Positions 35,676 through 47,800 of a DNA stretch of 64,000 nt are shown here, piece by piece (position 1 is the stretch's first letter; every line of letters begins with the position of its first letter). The position numbers and the translations under genes were made by a program. The stretch comes from Macrostomum hystrix (Eukaryota > Animalia > Platyhelminthes). The DNA lies in NCBI GenBank assembly GCA_950097015.1, contig CATNEN010000007.1:7936001-8000000 (forward strand). Direction: 5' to 3'. A model generated the notes under the pieces. That model did no database searches. It was not told the origin of the DNA and was given only the letters and a program-made list of their open reading frames with translations.

Positions 35676-37680
35676 TATCTCACTCCTCATCTCACTCCTC
35701 ATCTCACTCCTCATCTCACTCCTCATCTCACTCCTCATCTCACTCCTCATCTCACTCCTCATCTCACTCCTCATCTCACTCCTCATCTCACTCCTCATCT
35801 CACTCCTCTTCTCACTCCTCATCTTACTCCTCATCTCACTCCTCATCTCACTCCTCATCTCACTCCTCTTCTCACTCCTCATCTTACTCCTCATCTCACT
35901 CCTCATCTCATACCTCATCTCACTCCTCATCTCACTCCTCATCTCACTCCTCATCTCACTCCTCATCTCACTCCTCATCTCACTCCTCATCTCACTCCTC
36001 ATCTCACTCCTCATCTCACTCCTCATCTCACTCCTCTTCTCACTCCTCATCTTACTCCTCATCTCACTCCTCATCTCATACCTCATCTCACTCCTCATCT
36101 CACTCCTCATCTCACTCCTCATCTCACTCCTCATCTCACTCCTCATCTCACTCCTCATCTCACTCCTCATCTCACTCCTCATCTCACTCCTCATCTCACT
36201 CCTCATCTCACTCCTCATCTCACTCCTCTTCTCACTCCTCATCTTACTCCTCATCTCACTCCTCATCTCATACCTCATCTCACTCCTCATCTCACTCCTC
36301 ATCTCACTCCTCATCTCACTCCTCATCTCACTCCTCATCTCACTCCTCATCTCACTCCTCATCTCACTCCTCTTCTCACTCCTCATCTTACTCCTCATCT
36401 CACTCCTCATCTCACTCCTCATCTCACTCCTCATCTCACTCCTCATCTCACTCCTCATCTCACTCCTCATCTCACTCCTCATCTCACTCCTCATCTCATA
36501 CATCATCTCACTCCTCATCTCACTCCTCATCTCACTCCTCATCTCACTCCTCATCTCACTCCTCATCTCACTCCTCATCTCACTCCTCATCTCACTCCTC
36601 ATCTCACTCCTCATCTCACTCCTCATCTCACTCCTCATCTCACTGTCACTCCTCATCTCACTGTCACTCCTCATCTCACTCCTCATCTCACTGTCACTCC
36701 TCATCTCACTCCTCATCTCACTGTCACTCCTCATCTCACTCCTCATCTCTCTCCTCATCTCACTCCTCATCTCACTCCTCATCTCACTGTCACTCCTCAT
36801 CTCACTGTCACTCCTCATCTCACTCCTCATCTCACTGTCACTCCTCATCTCACTCCTCATCTCTCTCCTCATCTCACTCCTCATCTCACTCCTCATCTCA
36901 CCCCTCATCTCACTCCTCATCTCACTCCTCATCTCACTCCTCATCTCACTCCTCATCTCACTCCTCATCTCACTCCTCATCTCATACCTCATCTCACTCT
37001 TCATCTCACTCCTCATCTCACTCTTCATCTCACTCCTCATCTCACTCCTCATCTCACTCCTCATCTCACTCCTCATCTCACTCCTCATCTCACTCCTCAT
37101 CTCATACCTCATCTCACTCTTCATCTCACTCCTCATCTCACTCCTCATCTCACTCCTCATCTCACTCCTCATCTCACTCCTCATCTCACCCCTCATCTCA
37201 CTCCTCATCTCACTCCTCATCTCACTCCTCATCTCACTCCTCATCTCACTCCTCATCTCACTCCTCATCTCACTCCTCATCTCACCCCTCATCTCACTCC
37301 TCATCTCACTCCTCATCTCACTCCTCATCTCACTCCTCATCTCACTCCTCATCTTACTCCTCATCTCACTCCTCATCTCACTCCTCATCTCACCCCTCAT
37401 CTCACTCCTCATCTCACTCCTCATCTCACTCTTCATCTCACTCCTCATCTCACTCCTCATCTCACTCCTCATCTCACTCCTCATCTCACCCCTCATCTCA
37501 CTCCTCATCTCACTCCTCATCTCACTCCTCATCTCACTCCTCATCTCACTCCTCATCTCACTCCTCATCTCACTCCTCATCTCATACCTCATCTCACTCT
37601 TCATCTCACTCCTCATCTCACTCTTCATCTCACTCCCTATCTCACTCCCCTTCTCACTGCTCATCTCACTCCTTATCTCA
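35676..37680. repeat. 12-bp minisatellite (ATCTCACTCCTC)
   Basis: About 2-kb array. Confidence 0.95.
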
Positions 37681-38571
37681 AGCGAAAGTGGCAGCTCCCG
37701 TCGCTCTCATCCCGGCTCAAAGTGTTCAAAGATTTTATCGCCAGAAGAAGCCGCAATTTTCGGGTACATTGAAAAGAATATTTTCTTCTTCCGCAGGGAC
37801 AAAACTGTGTGCGCATGTGTGGCTTGTGTGCTCAGTAGAGTGGCCTAAAAAACGAGCAGCCGCAGCAGCAGCAGCCGCGGTCGCATCGCTGAAGAGCTTC
37901 CTGGCGTCTTTGTGTAATTCGATTCGCTCCAGGAGGCGACGAGCAGCGCGAATCCGCGACCCCCCGCCGTCGAGCTAACGGGAGTCGGGAGCTGGGAAGG
38001 TGGGAGCCGGGCCGGTGGGAGAAGTTTGCCCTCTCCCCACCCCCTCCTCCACCACCTCCTTCCCAGTCATTCTTGTCCGGGCGACAGTCTATTCGTTGGC
38101 CAACCGGCATTCCAGCCTCGGGCAGCGGAAAGTGCTCAGCCGGAGTCCTTGAAATCAGGGGGGGGCGAAGGCTTCGCGAGATCTTCTTTCGCGACGTTTC
38201 CCTCTCGTTTTGCTGGACGGGAAAAGGCTGGCGAAGCGAGCGGAAAAGAAAAGAGAGAGAGAGAGAAGACCGGGCAGAGCCGCTTTTATTGTTTTGCACG
38301 ACTCGCAGCTCCCAGATAGCCGCGGCAGTGGAGCGGCAGAGACAGGGAGGGCAGCGGGCGAGTCGGAGTCGAAACACAAATGAAAGCCGAAGCGCAGCGA
38401 GCCGGAGCAACGATAACTCAATACTGCCAGGCCCGAAATTGCGTTTAAGCTAAGCCCAACAGTCCCTGGCCCCTCAAGGTCGCATATCAGAGTCTGCGAG
38501 TCCGCTTCGGCTCTCTCTCTCTTCTCCCTCTCGGCCCGGCCTCAGCGTTCCCGCTCTGCAGCGGCCCTAGG

Positions 38572-38846
38572 ATGCTGCTGCGCTCCCAGTCCAGACCGCC
38601 CGCGTCGCCGATCTCCTCGCCGATCGCTGAGGTAGCAGAGTTGGAGATCGACTTGGCGGAGCAGCCGCTGATTCAGCATCAGCAGCAGCAGCAGCAGAAT
38701 CAGCACCAGAATCAGACGCGCCGGTTCAGCATCGGGCGCCGTCAGAGTGGAACCGGCGGCACGGTGCTGCGGAACCCCATCGCAGACGGTCGGAAGCAGT
38801 CGGTGCCGCGAATCGACTTCACACAGGCGGAAGAAGATGAAGACGA
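38572..38846 (+). CDS. TRPC candidate first coding exon 1a (polyQ)
   Basis: ATG...GAC GA|GTGAGT, phase 2, in frame with exon 53761-53869; preceded by a GC-rich promoter-like region. Confidence 0.65.
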
Positions 38847-41800
38847 GTGAGTTCAAGAATCTTCGCCACATTTCCCTTCATTTGCTAGCTCTGATTCTAT
38901 ATTTTATTAAACTATTTCTTTGAGACAAATTGTTTAAGTTCGCTATTAAATTTGCTCAGAGGTGAAAATTATTTGTAGCGTCTAAAACGAACTTTTATTT
39001 CAGACTTAGTTACGACTCTAACTTTCTTTAATTTCAATAGACAATCCCACTTGTTCCACCAAGAATACTAGGATACTAGCCCTCCCTTTTTCCCATAGAT
39101 TAACTGTACCAGCTCAATTAAATAAAGCCGACCACGGGGGCCAAGGCTCCCCTTCTTAGCCCTGCTAAAAGAAATACAAGTTCACCGCCTTAGCTTAATT
39201 TGTTGTGGCTAAGAGCCACAAGTGGTAGCAGAGCGTGACGATGCCTAGTAGCAAGCGCAACAAACACCAGACCGGACCTGAATCCACACCAGCTGCAGGA
39301 AGACACAGAAATGCAATGGATTCACTCGAAGCAGCAGTACTAGTACCAGCGCCTGCGCCCGCGCCCGTGCCCGCGCCCGTGCCCGCGCCCGCACCTGCAG
39401 CTACTCAGAATCAGGAAATAATCCGCAGCATAGTGCGACCTCCGATGTTTTACCGGAAGCATCCGGAAACTTGGTTCCGACAGCTGGAATCCCAGTTCGT
39501 CCTATCTGGCATCACCAACTCTACGACCAAATACCACTATGCTCTTTCGGCCCTTCCCGAAGAAGTGGCTTGTGATATCACGGGCACTACGAATTACGAA
39601 GAGTTGAAATCCGCGGTATTGAACAACCTCCGCGCGGATCGACACCTTCTCATTGAAGAGGCGTTGGCGGCTGTTGAACTCGGTCAGCGACGACCCACTC
39701 AGTTGGTCAACGACATTCAACGCCGTTTTGCAGATGTTGGGCTACAGGTGGACGACGCCATTGTTAAGGCACGTTTGATCGCCGCGCTTCCAACCAACAT
39801 CAGGTGTGCTTTGGTCGCCCACGAGAGCAGCCCGTTAGATGTATTTGCCAAGATCGCCGATGGCATGGTCGCCGTAACCGGACGTCCTTCCCCTTTCGTG
39901 GATATTCAAAGCCTCTCATATGCGGACAACAACCGGAACAGCAGAGAGACTACCTCAGAAGAGCGATACAAGCGACAGCAGCAGCGTCCACTGATTTGTA
40001 ATGCGCATATTTTCTATGCCAGCAAGGCCCGCACATGCCGCCCATGGTGTCAGTGGCCAGGCAACAAACCAAAAACTGTATTGCGTCCTAGCCAATCGAC
40101 CCCGGCTCACTCGCGTTCTGCTTCACCTCTCCCAAACGCGTAAGTCATGTGCAACGGCCGGGCCATGACGACAAGCAGGCCTCCACGCCACTTGTTGCCG
40201 CACAAGTTTTTGGTTCCGACATTAAATTCATCGTTGACACTGGCGCTGAGAGATCTCTGCTCCCTCCAAGTTTCGTTCCGCTCAACCTCATATCTCCCTG
40301 TAACGTCCGCCTCCGAGGAGTCAGCGGTCACGAAATTCATCTGCATGGTCAATCGTCGGTCACATTCTCCATTAATGGCCTGCGGCGTATGTTTCGTGTC
40401 AATTTCATTATTGCTAACACGGCCCCTATACTCGGCTCGGATTTTTTGACTCAATACGAACTGCTTATCGACATGGGTTCCAGATGCATCCGCGACCCAC
40501 TCACTTCCCTTTCCGCACCACTGTGTTTTGAACACATCAAAGGTTTTATACCTCCCTCTGTTCATGTTGTTGCTGCCGCACCAGTTAGTCACGTTCTATT
40601 GCCGTTTCCTGATCTAACGGCTTCGCCCGATTACTCAGTCCTTCCTGCAACGCCAGTGACTCATCAAATCATCACCACTGGAAAACCAGTATTCTGCAAA
40701 CCTCGCCCACTGTCTCCTGCTAAGTATGCTGTTGCCAAAGCTGAATTTGACAAGCTCCTGCAAATGGGCATCGTTCGCCCGTCTTCTAGTCCGTGGGCCT
40801 CACCGCTCCACATGGTCAAGAAGCCCGACGGATCTTGGCGACCGTGTGGAGACTACCGCGCCCTTAACAGCGTAACAACTCCCGACCGATATCCGTTGCC
40901 TCATCTTCGACATTTTCATCACCACTTACGAGGCAGCAATGTTTTCAGCAAACTGGATCTTGTCAAGGCATACCACTTCATTCCTATGGCTGAGGAGGAC
41001 ATTGCCAAAACCGCGATTTGCACCCCTTTTGGATCCTTTGAATACACGAGGATGCCATTCGGCCTGCGGAACTCCGGCAGTACATTTCAACGGTTCATCG
41101 ACTCCCTTTTCCGTGGTCTGGATTGTGCAATCACGTATGTTGACGACGTCCTGATCCACAGCAAATCGGAGGAGGAGCACCACAGGGATGTGGAATCCGT
41201 TTTACAGAGACTGCGCCATGAAGGCTTGCGAGTAAATCCTGAAAAATGTCAATTTTTTCAAAAGGAAATTGAATTCCTCGGTCACCTAATCTCTGCCCAA
41301 GGCATTCAACCAATTCCATCTCGTCTAGACGCACTTCGCAAACTCTCACCTCCGCGCGATTTCAAGAGTCTACAGAGAATAGTGGGTATGTTTGGTTTCT
41401 ATCAACGTCACATTCCAAACTACGCCCACATCATTCAACCTCTTCGATCATTGAGTGATGACTCCTACGAGTGGACTGCTCACCACGATGCAGCTTTCCA
41501 GAAACTTAAGGATAGTTTATCCTCCGCTGTTACCCTCGCCTTTCCTGATCCTACAGCTACTTTCACCATAACGTCCGACGCCAGTTCTTTTGCGATTGGT
41601 GCCAGTCTTCATCAGGTAGTTGAAGGAAACTCCTCACCGATAGCGTTTTTCTCACGTAAGCTAACAACTACCGAATGCTCATACAGCGCCTTCGACCGTG
41701 AGCTCCTGGCTGTGTTCGCTGCAGTAAAAACCTGGCGCCATCTCATTCATGGTCATCCGACAACTGTGTTTTGCGACCACAAACCACTGATAGGCGCGTT

Positions 41801-44800
41801 CCATAGTACCAAAGAACGCCTCTCGGATCGACAGCAACGCCAATTATCCACCATCACGGAATACGTCACGGAAATTGTACATATCCCGGGCACCAAAAAC
41901 GTCGTTGCTGACACTCTGTCCCGCGACCCGCAGGAGCTTATCACCGATACATACGCCGTCAATGTAATTGAAGACGCAGACAACCCAATCATTCAACTAC
42001 CTGCCGACCTCCCGGCAATCGCACGAGCACAAAAAGAAATGGGAATAACTGGTGACCAGTTTAGTCCTTTTGACATTGGTCTACTTGACTGTCCACTCTA
42101 CTGCGAGACGTCACAACCCAATCCTCGCCCTTTCGTTCCGGAGAGTCTACGTCGGCAGATCGTCCTAGCTCTTCACGAAATTTCACATGCTGGAGTCAAG
42201 GCCACACTACGCCTAGTTGCCCATCGTTTTTTTTTGGCAATGTATGAAATCCGACGTACAGAATTGGACAGCTTCATGTCTCCAGTGCCAAGCCGCCAAA
42301 GTTGGGCGCCACATTCAACGCCCACTTCATTTCCTACCGTGCCCCACACAGCGTTTTACGACTGTCCACATGGATTTAGTGGGACCACTTCCACCTCCGG
42401 AGCCCGACGACTTATCAACACCGCAGCCCCGCTACCTTCTTACCGTAATAGATTCATTTACTCGCTGGATTGAAGCCGTTCCGCTGCAAACCATTTCGGC
42501 TGCTGCAGTCGCACGTGCTTTTGTCGACCATTGGGTCTGTCGCTTTGGACCACCATTAACCCTGGTTACTGATCAAGGGACACAGTTTCGCTCAGAGCTG
42601 ATGGCCGACCTGGTGACCCTTCTCGGTGTTCACCACATCCGCACCTCAGCTTACAATCCGAAGGCTAACGGAATGATAGAACGCTCTCATCGCTCTCTCA
42701 AAGCCAGTCTTCGCGCACGAGGTCGTTCATGGCTATCTCAACTAAATGTCGTTCTTTTTGGTCTGCGCATTCATCCGGATGACACTGGTAACTCTCCCTT
42801 TTCTACCGTAACCGGCGAACAACCACTTGTTCCGCCAGTCGTTACTGACGATTCCAACAATCGAAAACTCGCACAAAGCCTTCACAGTTTATTCTTCCCG
42901 TACCGACTGCCACGGACGCAGCATCGACCAGTTCACCTTCCGTCCGACCTATCAACCTGTGAATTTGCTTGGCTTCGATTAGATCGCGTGAGAAAACCAT
43001 TGGAAGCACCATATCAGGGCCCTTTCAAGGTCGTCCACCGTTCCGCTGACACAATGACCCTGGATATCAAGGGCAAACCTCAAGTGGTATCAATCGAACG
43101 CATCAAACCGGCACGTCTGCCAGATCCTGCACCCCAGACGCGCTCAATGACCAATTCAAACCCTGTTATAAGCCCAGTTTTTCAAGTGCAACAACGCCCC
43201 ATAAAACGCGTCCATTTTAATGACAATGTAACTGTTCTTACTCGTTGAGGGGGGAGTGTTTGTAGCGTCTAAAACGAACTTTTATTTCAGACTTAGTTAC
43301 GACTCTAACTTTCTTTAATTTCCATAGACAACCCCACTTGTTCCACCAAGAATACTAGGATACTAGCCCTCCCTTTTTCCCATAGATTAACTGTACCAGC
43401 TCAATTAAATAAAGCCGACCACGGGGGCCAAGGCTCCCCTTCTTAACCCTGCTAAAAGAAATACAAGTTCACCGCCTTAGCTTAATTTGTTGTGGCTAAG
43501 AGCCACATATTATTTGCAGTTGTCAAGTACGATGCCACTCCCTTTGTAGTTCCAGCCGTTACACAACCCACTAAGTTGGTTTTTAAGGCATAGTCCTCAG
43601 GTGTGAAACAATCCTCTAAGCTCCTTATCTCAGGTGTGACACTATCCTTATATCAGGTGTGACACAACCATCCTGATCTCAGGTGTGACACCATCTTTAT
43701 CATAGGTGTGACACCATCCTTATCTCAGATGTGACACCATCTTTATCATAGGTGTGACACCATCCTTATATCAGGTGTGACACCACCATCCTTATCTCAG
43801 GTGTGACACCACCATCCTTATCTCAGGTGTGACACCATCTTTATCATAGGTGTGACACCATCCTTATATCAGGTGTGACACCACCATCCTTATCTCAGGT
43901 GTGACACCACCATCCTTATCTCAGGTGTGACACTATCCTTATCTCAGGTGTGACACTGTCCTTATCTCAGGTGTGACACCATAGCTTTTGTTATCAAAAT
44001 CATCACAGCTAAAAATGTCGGTCGAGCCAAACCCGTTACAAATCAGGTTTCCATTCCACAGCTGTCGGGGGAGCAGACAGACGAGGCTTTGAGGTCGAGA
44101 AGACTCGTAAATCACTTGACCCCGCTGCCGGGGCAGCTCAGAGGCCCAGCTGCCTCGGCGGCTGCTGTGAGCACGGCCTCCGGAAGCTGCTAGTGGGCTC
44201 TGAGTCCAATTGGGATAAAACTCTAGCAATAAAAATGATTTCCCCACTTTGGTTCGTCACAATCAAGTTGAAAGCAGAGCGGGATCCAGATGGGGATCTG
44301 TGTTACTGGTGGCTGGTGGCCATAAATCCCTCGCATTTCCTATCCTATCTCTGAGAGGTCCCGATTCATTCTGAAGGGCGCAGGCGCTGGCAATGGACTG
44401 GCTCTCGCCTGCACATTGGGCCAATCGCGCCGCAAGTTTTCATTAGACATTTGCCCGGTCATCCCTCCCAGCCCCGCCTATCCCTAAAAGGAAAATTTGC
44501 CCATTGTTTCTGCAGTCCATCTTCTCCCACTTTCTCTTCGCCAATTCGTCATCGGGAGCTGCCGGGGACGGGAAAGTTTGCGACCTCCGGGATCGGCTGA
44601 CATCGCCAAAACTGGTCACTTCCTGGCTTTGAAACCCGCCGGGTCGCGTTTCTCTGGGAAATTTATCCCTCTCGCCCTCTCTCTGTCCAAAGCAAACTTG
44701 AGAAGGAGCCGCAGATCTGTCAGTCGCCCTGGCTGAAGAACAAATTTCTTGTCAGGTTCGTCTGTTGTTGCACTTTGATGGAAAAAAGCGGAAAGGCCGG

Positions 44801-47800
44801 GATAGATTGCAGCTGTGACCGCAGGTGAGTGATGGAGGTGGCCGTTTAATCATACCATTTTAATAATTGGACACTCATTTCATTCGCCAATGTATCATCG
44901 CCAGATATTTTTGCCTGCTTCCAAGAAAAATTGAGACCCCATTCGTTATAAAAAGTTTAGAGAATAATTTGTACTTTTGAGTGTTGCTTATTAAGAAAAT
45001 TAAATTAGCCGATGCAAATAATTAGATGGTAAAATTGTCAGTTTTCAATTGAAGGGTTTTCCAGGAATCCAGACTGTGAGAAATCTGGATTTCATGTGAA
45101 AAAACACATGGGTTTGTTGGAATTGATCGATTTGTAGGAATTGATCGATTTGAAGGAATTGATCGATTTGTAGGAATTGATTGATTTGTAGGAATTGATG
45201 GATTTGAAGGAATTGATGGATTTGTAGGAATTGATCGATTTGAAGAATTTGATCGATTTGTAGGAATTGATCGATTTGTAGGAATTGATAATCTTGTTGG
45301 AATTGATCGATTTGTAGGAATTGATAATCTTGTTGGAATTGATCGATTTGTAGGAATTGATAATCTTGTTGGAATTGATCGATTTGTAGGAATTGATCGA
45401 TTTGTAGGAATTGATAATCTTGTTGGAATTGATCGATTTGTAGGAATTGATCGATTTGTAGGAATTGATCGATTTGTAGGAATTGATGGATTTGAAGGAA
45501 TTGATGGATTTGAAGGAATTGATGGATTTGTAGGAATTGATGGATTTGAAGGAATTGATGGATTTGTAGGAATTGATCGATTTGTAGGAATTGATAATCT
45601 TGTTGGAATTGATCGATTTGTAGGAATTGATCGATTTGTAGGAATTGATCGATTTGTAGGAATTGATGGATTTGAAGGAATTGATGGATTTGAAGGAATT
45701 GATGGATTTGTAGGAATTGATGGATTTGAAGGAATTGATGGATTTGTAGGAATTGATCGATTTGTAGGAATTGATAATCTTGTTGGAATTGATCGATTTG
45801 TAGGAATTGATCGATTTGTAGGAATTGATGGATTTGAAGGAATTGATCGATTTGTAGGAATTGATGGATTTGTAGGAATTGATCGATTTGAAGGAATTGA
45901 TGGATTTGAAGGAATTGATGGATTTGTAGGAATTGATCGATTTGTTAGAATTGATCGATTTGTAGGAATTGATAATCTTGTTGGAATTGATCGATTTGTA
46001 GGAATTGATCGATTTGTAGGAATTGATCGATTTGTAGGAATTGATGGATTTGTAGGAATTGATGGATTTGAAGGAATTGATCGATTTGTAGGAATTGATC
46101 GATTTGTTGGAATTAATCGATTTGTAGGAATTGATCGATTTGAATGAATTGATCGATTTGTAGGAATTGATTGATTTGTAGGAATTGATGGATTTGAAGG
46201 AATTGATGGATTTGTAGGAATTGATCGATTTGAAGGAATTGATGGATTTGAAGGAATTGATCGATTTGTAGGAATTGATCGATTTGTTGGAATTGATCGA
46301 TTTGTAGGAATTGATCGATTTGAAGGAATTGATCGATTTGTAGGAATTGATTGATTTGTAGGAATTGATGGATTTGAAGGAATTGATGGATTTGTAGGAA
46401 TTGATCGATTTGAAGGAATTGATCGATTTGTAGGAATTGATCGATTTGTAGGAATTGATAATCTTGTTGGAATTGATCGATTTGTAGGAATTGATCGATT
46501 TGTAGGAATTGATCGATTTGTAGGAATTGATGGATTTGAAGGAATTGATGGATTTGAAGGAATTGATGGATTTGTAGGAATTGATGGATTTGAAGGAATT
46601 GATGGATTTGTAGGAATTGATCGATTTGTAGGAATTGATAATCTTGTTGGAATTGATCGATTTGTAGGAATTGATCGATTTGTAGGAATTGATCGATTTG
46701 TAGGAATTGATGGATTTGAAGGAATTGATGGATTTGAAGGAATTGATGGATTTGTAGGAATTGATGGATTTGAAGGAATTGATGGATTTGTAGGAATTGA
46801 TCGATTTGTAGGAATTGATAATCTTGTTGGAATTGATCGATTTGTAGGAATTGATCGATTTGTAGGAATTGATAATCTTGTTGGAATTGATCGATTTGTA
46901 GGAATTGATCGATTTGTAGGAATTGATCGATTTGTAGGAATTGATCGATTTGTAGGAATTGATCGATTTGTAGGAATTGATCGATTTGTAGGAATTGATC
47001 GATTTGTAGGAATTGATAATTTTTTAGGAATTGGTGGATTTTTAATTTAGTCTGTGAAATCGAAAAAAAGATTTTATATTTCATACTTTATTATACATCT
47101 TTCAGGGTCATATAAAACAGAAAGAGTGGAATAAATAAGTACACAGGGTAGTATAGTGCAATGGAAATTGGAAATACAAACACAGCTGCCTTATTATGAG
47201 CCATAAGTTGATAAGCAAAATGTAAACATGTTTTTAATTAAGGCAAAGACATGCATTATCATTATCAGTTGCACTTCTACGAGACAGATTTTATTACGGG
47301 CGTGAATAGACTTGTTTGGTTTATCGTTTCCTGTACAGTTTTCTGTTTGCTGTTTGCCGATACCTGTGCTGAGTTCAATGTCTGATGAAAACAAATCATT
47401 ACCAAGTATAATTCTACAGATTAATTCCTCATCTAAATTCCTCCTTTCAATATTCACTTCAGGTAATTTTACTTTTATCTTTTGTTTGGAATACATAATG
47501 GATATAGTTTTAGAAGAAAAAGCTTTTTAAAATACGAGTAAAATTGTCTTAAAATAAAAGTAGAAGATTTCATTGAAGATTTAAAACAAACTAACAAACC
47601 AAAATGTTGTCTCCTTTTAACTCGTAGTAGAAAAACTTTTATTTTAATAAATTTTTACGAGTTTGTACCCATCAGTAGTAGGAAAGTGCTCCCCTTATCC
47701 GCCCTCGTACCGGACTGGCCAGGGCACCAGGCCAATAGGGTGACGCCGGCCTCTACCCCACACCCACCCGGACGCCATACCAAGGCCCACTACTATCCTA

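Larger units (their letters stand above)
38974..43507 (+). mobile_element. Ty3/gypsy LTR retrotransposon (Mag-like), full length 4534 bp, intronic
   Basis: 247-bp TG..CA LTRs with 3 mismatches, 4-bp TSD TATT, PBS TGGTAGCAGAGC, PPT GAGGGGGGAG, domain order gag then PR-RT-RH-IN, no env. Confidence 0.97.

Noticed and set aside
47194-47530. AT-rich ORFs as a transposase remnant
   Set aside because: No recognisable catalytic motif, TIR or TSD.
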